Part shown: positions 28,326 through 37,386 of the stretch, in pieces
Layout: every line of letters begins with the position of its first letter
Numbering within the stretch: the stretch's first letter is position 1
From: a virus
Virus record (IMG/VR): IMGVR_UViG_3300032298_001038
Coordinates: 96,001 to 160,000 of that record
Reading direction: 5' to 3' (one strand)
DNA: 64,000 nt
Position numbers and translations under genes: made by a program
The notes under the pieces: model-generated
Databases searched by the model: none
What the model was told of the DNA's origin: nothing
What the model saw: the letters and a program-made list of their open reading frames with translations, nothing else

Positions 28326-28606
28326 TAGTTGAAGTGCTCTTCGGTTTCTTCGGGGTTGCCCTCAAACCCCACAAACTCACCACCTTCTTCGTTGAAGATG
28401 ATGCCGGGCGTTGTCTGCGCCGGGATGTCTTCCGCGGCAGCGTGGGCGGCACGAAGCAGCAACGCGTATATCTCGTCACCATGCTCCTTGCCGAACCTCA
28501 TGCATAAAAGCCCACGTACAGACAGATAAGCCTCGTACGGCTCAAAACCGTCGGCTGTCGGTTCGTAGTCATCAAAATCAGCAAAATCTGCGTTTGTCAT
28601 AACCAC
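28325..28606 (-). CDS. Hypothetical acidic protein
   Basis: 93-aa ORF abutting both neighbours. Confidence 0.65.
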   Translation of the reverse strand: MVMTNADFADFDDYEPTADGFEPYEAYLSVRGLLCMRFGKEHGDEIYALLLRAAHAAAEDIPAQTTPGIIFNEEGGEFVGFEGNPEETEEHFN

Positions 28607-29746
28607 TCAAAAAATAACGGTGAGTGAAATCAATCGGTCTTTCAACGGGAACAAATACACTCCGCGCAAAGAGTAGAGGCGCGGAGTTTCGTGGCGCATG
28701 AGCACGATGTCTTCACCCGTCTCGGTTTCCCGAACAAGGCGTGCAGTGCTGTATGGGCCGAGAGTATCTTGGTTGGCGTCTAACACAACAAGAAGATCAG
28801 TCTCGGGAATCGGAAACCGAACTGTCGCCCCTACGGGACCAGTTGCGCCGGTGACGCCGATCCTAACAGATTCTCGACCCATGTCAAACACGTGTTCAAG
28901 TGCCGCGATGTCTTCAACATCAGCAACCGCTTGCACGATTGGCTTGAGCGGTTTGCCTAAGTTACCAGCCGCAATGTATTCAAACTGCGGCTTTGAAATC
29001 ACAGCGTAAATATCCAGTTGCTGTGCAACTACGCACAACGCAAGAAACAACGCCGTCGGAATATCTGGGCACAGTACTTCTGTTTTTACAATGCGCAGAT
29101 GTTCGTAGTCTTTGGGCACACAAACAAACTCGCCGCTTTCGAGCAGCACGAAATACCGGTTCGTGCCGTTGTCAAAAGCCAGCCCGCGAATTTCTGGCCC
29201 GCGCTGCGAGTTGCCAAGTGTCGCCGAAAAGTACACCAACTTTGCGTCTAACTTAGAAAGCACGTCGTCGGTAATATTTTCCGGTTCAAATACTCGCTTC
29301 ACGAGCCAGTGGTTAAAAAGTTCCGGGGGCGCCGCCGGTTTCTTAGCCGGGGCAGCATCCTCGGCTAGTTCGTCCGCAAGGCTCTGTACCAGTTCTTGCA
29401 GCGTTTCTTCGGTCAGCGGCTTCTCGCGCCCCATCAGGCCGATAAACGCCAACAGACTTGCCAGCAAGATTTCCGGGACCATTTCAGCCGGCACGCCGCT
29501 CTTGGTCACGATGGCTTTGTACTTTTCAGATAACAAAGCCTTGGTAATAGAAAAGGGAATTCGACTCCATTCGATCTCGGGCAGGCTCGCCAATAACTCG
29601 GCGATTGCAAACCCGGTGTTGCAGGACTTCGAGTGCCGAAGAAGTTCTACAAGGCCGGCCGTCAGAAATAACTTGTCCGCCGGCGGATGGCCAGAGATGT
29701 TCTCTAGAAAACTGTTAAACGGTTCTGTCAGGTGATTGTCGCTCAT
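28607..29746 (-). CDS. Hypothetical protein
   Basis: 379-aa ORF, no motif recognised. Confidence 0.75.
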   Translation of the reverse strand: MSDNHLTEPFNSFLENISGHPPADKLFLTAGLVELLRHSKSCNTGFAIAELLASLPEIEWSRIPFSITKALLSEKYKAIVTKSGVPAEMVPEILLASLLAFIGLMGREKPLTEETLQELVQSLADELAEDAAPAKKPAAPPELFNHWLVKRVFEPENITDDVLSKLDAKLVYFSATLGNSQRGPEIRGLAFDNGTNRYFVLLESGEFVCVPKDYEHLRIVKTEVLCPDIPTALFLALCVVAQQLDIYAVISKPQFEYIAAGNLGKPLKPIVQAVADVEDIAALEHVFDMGRESVRIGVTGATGPVGATVRFPIPETDLLVVLDANQDTLGPYSTARLVRETETGEDIVLMRHETPRLYSLRGVYLFPLKDRLISLTVIF

Positions 29747-30944
29747 TGGTAATTTTGCCCGCGTACACGTCGTTGCATGTTTGAAATAACTGACTGAACG
29801 TCGTTATTGTTGGTTGGTCTAAAAAGATGACGTGACCGCCGCGGATTTGAATCTCTGTTTGAAGGGTGTCGTCCGGCTTTGAAAACAGAACGAATGTGAA
29901 TCCAGTCTGGTGCGGCTCGACCATCCGAAGCGTTTCAAGGCGCTCCAAAAACAGTCGCACTCCGCGCTGACACTCGCCGGCGACGATCATCACGCCGCCG
30001 GGAGTGCCAAAAAAGTTTCGAAGTTGTTCGGTGTAGGCGAATAGGTCTACGTATGCCGCGGCGCCAACAGCGGCGCCAATCTCAGCGCCACGAATGTTAG
30101 GCGCGGTGTGCCGGCCGATCTCGCCAATCTCGGCGGCTACAAGGGCTGGCAGCCCCAAATCAAGTACGCCGGCTAGCAGACTCTTCTGCCTGTCAGCGTC
30201 AGCGGCAAAGCCAACGAGGCCAATCGCCTCTCCGTAGCCCATTCCGCGCTCGGCAGCAAAGCGAGCAACGGAATTGATATCAATAGGCGGCTGCGGGTGC
30301 GCAGCGTAGACGTCGTGCGACGCCGCGGTCAGCGTAGCGATTAGAAAGTCTACGTATTGCGCCTGAAAAAACGGCAGCAGTATTTGCGCCAGCGGGACGC
30401 CGGTTGATTCGTTACCTAAAAAAAAACCAACTGGTTTTTTGTTTGCATGCGCCAAATACACAACCCTAGCAGCGTCTTCGTAGGGTTTTACATCTTGGAT
30501 GGCGGGTTCTGTAAACGATACGCGCTCCGGCGGAAAAAACTCAGTGCCGGGATTGTGTGTGACAGCGTCAAACAAACAGAGGTTGCTGCGCATCTGCGGC
30601 GGCAATGACAGCCGGTCTGGTTCGCCAGCAGGAAGTTCCATAATGTTGCCGACGCCGCACAGCAACCACTCCGCGCGGATACCGATCTTGGTCACGATCT
30701 GCGCGGCCATGTTGATCGACAGCCGCGAATGGCCGTAGAGCACGCGGTACATGTGGCGGTAGCAGACACCAGCCGCTGCGGCCATCGCGTGTGAATCACC
30801 GTGGAACAACGCGTTGCATGCATATGCAAGTCGGGCTTTGACGGCAGGATACTCGTGCCAAACCTGCCTCTTGTTCTGCCCGTACTTTTCCATGGCGGCT
30901 TTATCGCGCCGCACACGGTTTTTACGCCCGCTTTTGTTGACCAT
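29715..30944 (-). CDS. XRE-type HTH fused to a degenerate deoxyhypusine-synthase-like domain
   Basis: HTH: HAMAAAAGVCYRHMYRVLYG..IRAEWLLCGVG; DHS-like: INSVARFAAERGMGYGEAIG..KSLLAG..LGLPALV..GGVMIVAG; start moved to ATG 30944. Confidence 0.6.
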   Translation of the reverse strand: MVNKSGRKNRVRRDKAAMEKYGQNKRQVWHEYPAVKARLAYACNALFHGDSHAMAAAAGVCYRHMYRVLYGHSRLSINMAAQIVTKIGIRAEWLLCGVGNIMELPAGEPDRLSLPPQMRSNLCLFDAVTHNPGTEFFPPERVSFTEPAIQDVKPYEDAARVVYLAHANKKPVGFFLGNESTGVPLAQILLPFFQAQYVDFLIATLTAASHDVYAAHPQPPIDINSVARFAAERGMGYGEAIGLVGFAADADRQKSLLAGVLDLGLPALVAAEIGEIGRHTAPNIRGAEIGAAVGAAAYVDLFAYTEQLRNFFGTPGGVMIVAGECQRGVRLFLERLETLRMVEPHQTGFTFVLFSKPDDTLQTEIQIRGGHVIFLDQPTITTFSQLFQTCNDVYAGKITNERQSPDRTV

Positions 30945-31998
30945 TGTTTTCCTGTCGCTCTTGATCTTGCTGCCGCATCTTCTTGAGCAACCCGCTCCCC
31001 GCGCTTCTAAACTTGCCGTAGCCGCCAATCATGCGCTGCTTGGCCGTAGCGTTCAATGCCGCCGCGGTCAGGTCAATGTCTTCAGTCAACAGTTCTGACG
31101 GATAGCGCAAAAACGACAGCATTAACGTGTCGAGTTTATTTTCTGTCTCGTCCAGCCATCGCTCCTGCCAGTTCTTACCGCCAGACAACAACAACCGTTT
31201 GTGCTTCAAGATTTTTGTGCCACGGAAATTGATGCGCTCAACGGGTGACTTTTGCTCGGGCAGCGAAACAAACAGTTGCCGAAACTGGAGCCGCCAACCG
31301 CCGTCGACCGGGATAGGCACAAGCCGCCAGTACGCAGCAACTGTGTTGCGATGTATACGCAATTGCCGACTACGTTGTTGGATCAGCCGTTTGTATCTCT
31401 GCGTTTCACGCTGGATGATGAGCAGCGCTTCGGCCGCGTCGTCGGCACTGGCGTGGTTTGTCGAAGATATACGCGGCGCCGGAACAAACTGCTCGGTGAT
31501 GTACGGTGTCACGTAAATGCGTCCTGCGGCTCCTTGCCGAAGAAACGCGTTAATCACCAGCCGCATCTGCTGGTACTGCCGCATGGCGACTGCGCACCAA
31601 CACGACGGGCAGAAGTTCGAGTGCCCGCACGATTTAAACTTGCGGACGTTCTGCAACGCCGGCGGATATATCATCACCGTTGGGCAACAACTGGCGCACA
31701 GTTCAAACGCGCCAATAGCCCGCTGGGCGTCAAAGTAATGTTGATTTGGAATAATGCCGCGAACGAGAAAGTACTTATCGTACTTGGCCAGTTCGTAAGC
31801 ACGCGTTAAAAACTGCACGCGGCGAAAGTTAACACACGCCCGCATCGTTGGCAGGCTGTGGTCGCCGTCAGGCAAATCGTACGTGGCGGCGATGGCGGCA
31901 AGACACGGATTGCGGGACCGATAGCCGACAATAGGCAACGACCACCGCACAGCCTTTTGATAGGCGCTGTCGAAAACATCGAGTCCGACGGACATCAC
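30922..31998 (-). CDS. Zn-finger protein resembling an inactivated HUH (rolling-circle Rep/IS91-like) endonuclease
   Basis: CGHSNFCPSC, YVTPY (motif I-like), GWRLQFRQL in place of WHxHxH, KQRMIGGYGKFR C-terminal motif. Confidence 0.45.
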   Translation of the reverse strand: MMSVGLDVFDSAYQKAVRWSLPIVGYRSRNPCLAAIAATYDLPDGDHSLPTMRACVNFRRVQFLTRAYELAKYDKYFLVRGIIPNQHYFDAQRAIGAFELCASCCPTVMIYPPALQNVRKFKSCGHSNFCPSCWCAVAMRQYQQMRLVINAFLRQGAAGRIYVTPYITEQFVPAPRISSTNHASADDAAEALLIIQRETQRYKRLIQQRSRQLRIHRNTVAAYWRLVPIPVDGGWRLQFRQLFVSLPEQKSPVERINFRGTKILKHKRLLLSGGKNWQERWLDETENKLDTLMLSFLRYPSELLTEDIDLTAAALNATAKQRMIGGYGKFRSAGSGLLKKMRQQDQERQENNGQQKRA

Positions 31999-32477
31999 GC
32001 ATTCTCCGGCGCATCCGGAGGAGGCGTTTCAACCGGGGCGACCTCGGCCTCGGCAGCCAGCGACGCCTTGATGTGCTCCATGCGATCGCGAATAAGAGTC
32101 GCCGCAGCGTCAGCGCTTTCAACTTCAACAAACGGAAGTTTCTCTTGCAGATGCTTCCATTTTGTCTCGCCTACGCCGGCTACGTTAATCTCCCCGACTT
32201 TCGCCGCGGCAAACTCGTCTAACGTGGCGATTGCAATCGCATCGGCGCGATTCTGGAATACGATGATTTGGTTTTCTTTAGTCGAGAAGAAACTGGTGCC
32301 CTTCTCGTCCGTGATGACATAGCGCACCGGAACTTCACCGGTGTCAATGTAGTGCGTTTTCTTGCCCGGCGCGTCCGGTTGCTGTACGGCGTTAGGTGAG
32401 CAGCAGTACTTGTACTTCGTGCCGCTGCCGCAAATACAGCGGTCATTACGACGGGTTCCAATCCCGCGCTTGAGCAT
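31995..32477 (-). CDS. SEC-C motif protein
   Basis: RNDRCICGSGTKYKYCC; start at ATG 32477 after GGAGG and downstream of a promoter. Confidence 0.85.
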   Translation of the reverse strand: MLKRGIGTRRNDRCICGSGTKYKYCCSPNAVQQPDAPGKKTHYIDTGEVPVRYVITDEKGTSFFSTKENQIIVFQNRADAIAIATLDEFAAAKVGEINVAGVGETKWKHLQEKLPFVEVESADAAATLIRDRMEHIKASLAAEAEVAPVETPPPDAPENA

Positions 32478-32506
32478 GTGAGCCTCCGTGCTTTGGCGAA
32501 GAGCAT

Positions 32507-32534
32507 AGCCTACCGAGTAGACCAAAAAGGTCAA
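32507..32534 (-). promoter_or_regulatory. Sigma70-like promoter TTGACC-N16-TAGGCT
   Basis: Read directly, about 30 nt upstream of the SEC-C gene ATG. Confidence 0.5.
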
Positions 32535-32580
32535 GTCAGGTATTTCCCGAGAAAAACGGGGGTAATCTGAAAAATGACGC

Positions 32581-32635
32581 AGATTTTTTTTTGACGCAAG
32601 TCCTTGTCTTATCGCGGGTTACGGCAAAAAAATCT
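32581..32635. repeat. Imperfect inverted repeat in an AT-rich intergenic region
   Basis: agattttttt(tt)gacgcaag ... gttacggcaaaaaaatct. Confidence 0.6.
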
Positions 32636-32666
32636 TCAAAAATGTTCGTTTTGACCGAACTACTTC

Positions 32667-32864
32667 CTACTTCGTAGGAAAGAGACTCCCGTCTGGGGAA
32701 GAGGCAGAAGGCGATTCAGATGCCTTCGTGATTCGTTTGATCGCATTCAGGGATTCTTCAACCTGAAGCGTCAAACCTAGTAACCCGTACTTCAGTCCGG
32801 TCAAAACGCTTTCAACCTGCTCTAGGTCTGATTTTGATATCATTCCCGACTTTCTAGCGGTCAC
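32667..32864 (-). CDS. Small hypothetical protein
   Basis: 65 aa, GTGA overlap. Confidence 0.5.
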   Translation of the reverse strand: MTARKSGMISKSDLEQVESVLTGLKYGLLGLTLQVEESLNAIKRITKASESPSASSPDGSLFPTK

Positions 32865-33190
32865 GTTGCGCCTGCTGGTTCTTCTTCGTGATCAGGTAAT
32901 TCTACTTCTGGCAACACGTCGAAAATCGAAGAGTCCATGTCCAGAATAATCTGCGTCATGTCGGGCACTGTATTTCTAGGTACCGCGATAATGCAACGGA
33001 CATGAGGGTCACACGGAACACCAGCCTTGTGCTCGTGCATCATCGTAAACATGATGGGGAAATATTTGTCGTCAGGGAGCGCGTCAATCAAAGACTCAGG
33101 CAACGTCCGATTGTATTTCAAGACGTTGTGCGAAATATGATTGATGAGTTTCAGGTAGTGCTTGTCGAGGTATTTAACTTTGCGGGGCAT
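32861..33190 (-). CDS. Hypothetical protein
   Basis: 109-aa ORF, coupled. Confidence 0.7.
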   Translation of the reverse strand: MPRKVKYLDKHYLKLINHISHNVLKYNRTLPESLIDALPDDKYFPIMFTMMHEHKAGVPCDPHVRCIIAVPRNTVPDMTQIILDMDSSIFDVLPEVELPDHEEEPAGAT

Positions 33191-33450
33191 TAGCGTTGTC
33201 TGGCCTTCTGGGCTTCGTGAAACTTGAGAACAGCATCGGCCGCTTGTTGCGCTTCGGAAGAGTTGTAGCCTTCCTGCTTAAAGCGCTCAGTTGCGTACCG
33301 GTGCTCAAACGATCCGCGATCAACGGATGGCGAAGTCGTGGTGCTGCTAGTCGAAGGGCCGCCGGTGATGGCGTTTATAATTGCTGTAATCCCGACGATA
33401 ATCAGCACGAAAAACCAAATACCGCTGTTTCCGCTGTTGTTTTGGCTCAT
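33190..33450 (-). CDS. Single-pass membrane protein
   Basis: GIWFFVLIIVGITAIINAI hydrophobic segment. Confidence 0.7.
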   Translation of the reverse strand: MSQNNSGNSGIWFFVLIIVGITAIINAITGGPSTSSTTTSPSVDRGSFEHRYATERFKQEGYNSSEAQQAADAVLKFHEAQKARQR

Positions 33451-33460
33451 ACTTATTCCT

Positions 33461-33826
33461 TTACATTTCTGAGAAAATACCGGTTTGAGAACTGTACGCG
33501 TATTGCCTAATTTCTACGCGGTGCGATTTGTAAAACGATAGTCTTTCGTTTTCTGCTTCAGTGCGTCGGGCGCGCACTTCTGCTGCCCGTTCTGCAATCT
33601 CTTCGGGCGTGGGGTCGACGATCTTGGTATTCGGCGACCGTCTTGGAACGTGCGTGCGCCGCGGTAATTTGTTTCGCCGAGCGAATTCTTGCAGCGCGGC
33701 GTGTGTTACTTTTAACTTTTTGGCTATTTCTTCTGTCGGCAACTCTCCGTGCCACCACCGTAACACATCTAGTAGCACAATTTTATTAGTACGTTTTTTC
33801 GGCGAATCCGTGCCCGGAACGTTCAT
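33461..33826 (-). CDS. HTH DNA-binding protein (GcrA-like N-terminus)
   Basis: LRWWHGELPTEEIAKKLKVTHAALQEFARRNKLPRR. Confidence 0.6.
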   Translation of the reverse strand: MNVPGTDSPKKRTNKIVLLDVLRWWHGELPTEEIAKKLKVTHAALQEFARRNKLPRRTHVPRRSPNTKIVDPTPEEIAERAAEVRARRTEAENERLSFYKSHRVEIRQYAYSSQTGIFSEM

Positions 33827-33948
33827 AAATCCTCAAAACGGCCAAAGAGGTGACCGAACAAAATAATCACCGCTATCAGCAACATTACGCCCAGCGTGTT
33901 TACTGGGCCGTTTGTTACGTTAACGGCGCTTGCCAGAAATGGCGACAT
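33823..33948 (-). CDS. Small membrane peptide (41 aa, below the ORF-track cutoff)
   Basis: MSPFLASAVNVTNGPVNTLGVMLLIAVIILFGHLFGRFEDL; TGA overlaps the next ATG. Confidence 0.4.
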   Translation of the reverse strand: MSPFLASAVNVTNGPVNTLGVMLLIAVIILFGHLFGRFEDL

Positions 33949-33989
33949 GGCGGGCAAGAATAACGCCGCGCGCCAAAAACCACAAGGGG

Positions 33990-34199
33990 TTAGTCGTCGA
34001 ACCTGACGCGCCCGTTTTGGCCGACAACGCGCTTGTGGAGATAGTCCGGCAGGTCAGGATCGATTAGTCCGGCGAGCACGGAGAGCGCGTTGAACGCCGT
34101 CTCGTTGATGCCGTGTTCGTCTTCCAGTAATGCGTTTGCCAAAATCTTGAACAGTATGGCAAGTGGATTGCGGTCAATTGCCAGTTTTCTTTTGGGCAT
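33990..34199 (-). CDS. Small hypothetical protein
   Basis: 69-aa ORF in the chain. Confidence 0.55.
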   Translation of the reverse strand: MPKRKLAIDRNPLAILFKILANALLEDEHGINETAFNALSVLAGLIDPDLPDYLHKRVVGQNGRVRFDD

Positions 34200-34464
34200 T
34201 GTCGTTTTCGCTTTCCATTACGACATCCCAGCCAATGTGCGCAAAATTTTGCTTGGTAGCCAAAAAGTCGCCGTTGTCTACGAAACCAAGACTGGTGCAA
34301 ACCAGCCGCTTGTTCGTGTGGTCAATGCGAAACGTGGTTCCTGAGCGAGGAATACCCCATACGCCGCCGTCTTTGATCGTGCGGACAAGATTCTCGCACC
34401 ACGCAATTACGGCTGGCGACGGCGTGTCATCTGGATTGATGTTGAGTTCGTTGAATGCGACCAT
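34174..34464 (-). CDS. Hypothetical protein
   Basis: 96 aa, GGVWGIPRSG motif. Confidence 0.65.
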   Translation of the reverse strand: MVAFNELNINPDDTPSPAVIAWCENLVRTIKDGGVWGIPRSGTTFRIDHTNKRLVCTSLGFVDNGDFLATKQNFAHIGWDVVMESENDNAQKKTGN

Positions 34465-34997
34465 TAGATAGGCTGGAGTTGGCGCCGGTTGAAATGGGTT
34501 TCGCGGGCCTGATTCGCCTGCGAGTTAGATAACTTATCAGCGACCGCTTGGGGGTCGCACACTTTGGCAATGTACTCGATGAACGAGTCGAGCCACGGGC
34601 CGGCGGGTTCGGCCGATCGGACCTCGGAGAGCGAGTACGAGCCGTTGGCGCTGTACAGGTAAAGCATGCGGCTGCTGTCTTTGTCTTCGGTGCACCACCA
34701 GCGCGGGCCGCTGCCGGAGGAACCGCCCCACGATGAAAAAGACATCTCTGACACACGTTTGCTTCGTGCGTCGCAGTGCTGATATGTGCATTCGGCAAAC
34801 TGCTTTTTGTACAGGCGCTGCTGGCTGTCCAAACTCAGCGGCAAATCGGCAAATTCGATAAAGATATCTGTGAGGCCAGACGTCATGAACGCGGTGATCT
34901 CGCGTTCGCGTTTGGCGGCGGCCTGCTGTCGGGCGCGCTCGTTTTCGTTGATTACGCGCTGCTGGAGCGCAAAAACTCGGGCAAGTGCTTCGCTCAT
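34464..34997 (-). CDS. Hypothetical protein, likely paralogue of 34994-35539
   Basis: MSEALARVFAL..SGLTDIF..WLDSFIEYIAKVCDPQ. Confidence 0.7.
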   Translation of the reverse strand: MSEALARVFALQQRVINENERARQQAAAKREREITAFMTSGLTDIFIEFADLPLSLDSQQRLYKKQFAECTYQHCDARSKRVSEMSFSSWGGSSGSGPRWWCTEDKDSSRMLYLYSANGSYSLSEVRSAEPAGPWLDSFIEYIAKVCDPQAVADKLSNSQANQARETHFNRRQLQPI

Positions 34998-35539
34998 GTC
35001 TCTGCCAGTTGAAGGATTTTGCGGGAACGTTTCACGACGCTGGGCGTTTCAAGGTCGATGTCCATGTCGACCAGCATCTGTGGAGTGATGTACTTGGACA
35101 ACCACTTGATAAACGAATCAACAAACCTTTTTTTGGCGTCGGCTTGGTCTTGCGTGACGCAGAAATTGTCTTTGCCGGCTACCACGCGGTAATAAATATG
35201 TTTAGGGCCGGCGTCGTTTTCTGTGGCGCTGTTATCTTCAACAACCCACTCGCACTGGGTGTTATTTTTGCCGTACACCGTCAGCCCGGTGTTTTGGATA
35301 TTTTCAATCGCCGTCGGATCGACCAAATCGCCAAGCGTGATTGTCAGGCTGTCGAGAATTTCGGGGACGGGGTTTGGGATTTTAATATTTTTGACTTCGT
35401 CCCACATTTCCGGCAGGCCAGTGTCTTTGAAATAAGCCTGTACGCGAACCAATTTCTTTTTGGCGTCTAGGCGCTTTTTTTCTGCTTTGGCAAATCGTTC
35501 GCGGTGCACGGCGGCAACGCGACGAAGAACGTCACTCAT
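34994..35539 (-). CDS. Hypothetical protein, likely paralogue of 34464-34997
   Basis: MSDVLRRVAAV..TGLPEMW..FVDSFIKWLSKYITPQ. Confidence 0.7.
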   Translation of the reverse strand: MSDVLRRVAAVHRERFAKAEKKRLDAKKKLVRVQAYFKDTGLPEMWDEVKNIKIPNPVPEILDSLTITLGDLVDPTAIENIQNTGLTVYGKNNTQCEWVVEDNSATENDAGPKHIYYRVVAGKDNFCVTQDQADAKKRFVDSFIKWLSKYITPQMLVDMDIDLETPSVVKRSRKILQLAET

Positions 35540-36054
35540 GTCATAGTCCTTTGCGCGGAAAACAGTCGGCCCATGCCTTCTTCTCGTCTAACCATTTGTT
35601 CTATGAGTTCTCGCTTTTCTCGTCCTCCGCCGCCGAATCTGAAGTCGATCCAGCGGTCGGGGGAGTATCCTCGCCACTCGATGTCGACAGTCTTTTTGTT
35701 GACTTTGGTGACGACGTAGTAGGCGCATCCGTCGCCCACAGGAGTTGTAAACATCTTGCCGACATGCATCCCGGCCGGAAGACTGCGTGAGTATGTGAGG
35801 GCCGCGTTTCTTTCTCGTTCGATGAAGTCATGATATTCGTCTAATGGGTTGAATGTCGGGCGGATGTCCGTAAGCGCGTCAACGTTTAACACGTAGCGGT
35901 CAGGGGTAACCGCGTCGTCGACAATGACCTGCTGCCCGTCGTTGTAATACTGAATTGACGCTTGACTAAACCGGTCGGCGACGCCGTAACACCACTTGTT
36001 CTTTTGCCGGTCGTACCACTTGACGTAATACATGTCAGGAATCGGCGTTGACAC
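35536..36054 (-). CDS. Hypothetical protein
   Basis: 172 aa; VADGxAxY-like motif (VGDGCAYYVV). Confidence 0.7.
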   Translation of the reverse strand: MSTPIPDMYYVKWYDRQKNKWCYGVADRFSQASIQYYNDGQQVIVDDAVTPDRYVLNVDALTDIRPTFNPLDEYHDFIERERNAALTYSRSLPAGMHVGKMFTTPVGDGCAYYVVTKVNKKTVDIEWRGYSPDRWIDFRFGGGGREKRELIEQMVRREEGMGRLFSAQRTMT

Positions 36055-36496
36055 GTTTAGTCATCTCCTCTCGAAGTTGATCGATGACGACAAGGTGGTG
36101 CGCCACTTCTTTGCGCGCGAGAGTGCGCAGCATTTTCTTATCCCACGCGCCGTCAAGCGGCAGGGCTTCCGGCCACGACACGGACTCCTCGGCATAACCG
36201 GGATCAAATCCGGCTTGCGCGTACATGTCTTTCTGATATTGCAAATACAGCCCTTCAACCTTGTCGCGGTCGACGTGGTCTGGCGCCGTGTCGTCTTCGG
36301 ATTCGAAGGCGAGCAGGTCGTCGCGAGCGTTGAGCAGTTCTCGAACAAGAGCGGCTTCAAAGCCGTGCTCCTGCTCGAAACTGCAAACAAAAACCTTAGT
36401 GATGAACGCCTCAAGATCGTCGACGGTGATTTCGTCGTCGCCTCCAAGGCGGTTCATCATGTAGCCAATTTTGTCAATTGACACATCCGGGTGCAT
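36035..36496 (-). CDS. Hypothetical acidic protein
   Basis: Start moved to ATG 36496 (MHPDV). Confidence 0.65.
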   Translation of the reverse strand: MHPDVSIDKIGYMMNRLGGDDEITVDDLEAFITKVFVCSFEQEHGFEAALVRELLNARDDLLAFESEDDTAPDHVDRDKVEGLYLQYQKDMYAQAGFDPGYAEESVSWPEALPLDGAWDKKMLRTLARKEVAHHLVVIDQLREEMTKRVNADS

Positions 36497-36677
36497 TGTT
36501 TGCCTTTTCACTAAATGCTGTCTTGTACAGTACAAGACTGGTCGCCGGCCAAACGACACCCACAACGAGTACCGTAGTCGGCCAGAACCCCAACCCGGTC
36601 GCGCTGCCGAGAATGTTCAGCAGGTTGACGCAGGAGTTGAGGACAAAATCAATAGCAGGAATATTGGTATAGGACAT
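36474..36677 (-). CDS. Small membrane protein
   Basis: Hydrophobic FWPTTVLVVGVVWPATSLVLY; start ATG 36677. Confidence 0.5.
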   Translation of the reverse strand: MSYTNIPAIDFVLNSCVNLLNILGSATGLGFWPTTVLVVGVVWPATSLVLYKTAFSEKANNAPGCVN

Positions 36678-36750
36678 GACACTAACTTTCATATGCCCCT
36701 TGCGGGACGTTTAATAAGCGGCCGATACACTCTATCGGCATCGCGATCGA

Positions 36751-37386
36751 CTAGGCGTCATCCGACTGGCAGTCGGTCGCTTTCTTGTTTTGTTCTGCAA
36801 ACCACTCTTCTTGCTGCGCTGCTGCTTCAAACAAGTTGAAGGCTTCGCAGAGGCTGCTTGGAATATTGTCGCCAAGCCATTCCTGCGTGAAGTTAGTGAT
36901 ATTGAACGTGCGGTCATTGTGGTTTGCGTAAATGCCGCAGAAGCCCATTCCGGGTTCGAAGTAGTACGCCTTCACGCGGAAGCCGGCGGTGTTTTCGAGA
37001 TACGCGTAAAAACCGGTGGGCGGACCCCACGCGGTATCAAAGCCAAGGCGCACACATCTGCGGCCGCGGTCGTCAGTCTCGACTTGCGCGGGGTTGCTGC
37101 CGTCTTCTAGGCCAAAGTCCCATTTGGTGCCCCAGTTGTCGCAGCACCAGTCGTACCAGTCTTTGGCGCCGTGCTTTGTTATGTTCTCGGCTTGCTTCTT
37201 TTCAAGTTCAATTTGCTCCGGCGAGCCGGGCTGCCCTACGCAGCCAGACACTGTATTGCGCAGGTCAGCAGGGCACGGCCAAAGCGTGCTCATTGTGCCG
37301 CCGGAGTTATAGGCGGCGACGAGCCGCTGAAGTTCTTTTTCGTCGTCGTGCCAGAATGTTACAGAGTTTGAGCACCAGTTAGGCAT
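36751..37386 (-). CDS. YubB/DUF1281-like ferredoxin-like domain protein
   Basis: MPNWCSN start, DWYDWCCDNWGTKWD, FDTAWGPP, YYFEPGMGFCG. Confidence 0.8.
   Translation of the reverse strand: MPNWCSNSVTFWHDDEKELQRLVAAYNSGGTMSTLWPCPADLRNTVSGCVGQPGSPEQIELEKKQAENITKHGAKDWYDWCCDNWGTKWDFGLEDGSNPAQVETDDRGRRCVRLGFDTAWGPPTGFYAYLENTAGFRVKAYYFEPGMGFCGIYANHNDRTFNITNFTQEWLGDNIPSSLCEAFNLFEAAAQQEEWFAEQNKKATDCQSDDA

Noticed and set aside
32595-32623. Canonical XerCD dif site
   Set aside because: Does not match the enterobacterial or Bacillus dif consensus and has a 7-nt core; kept only as an unexplained inverted repeat
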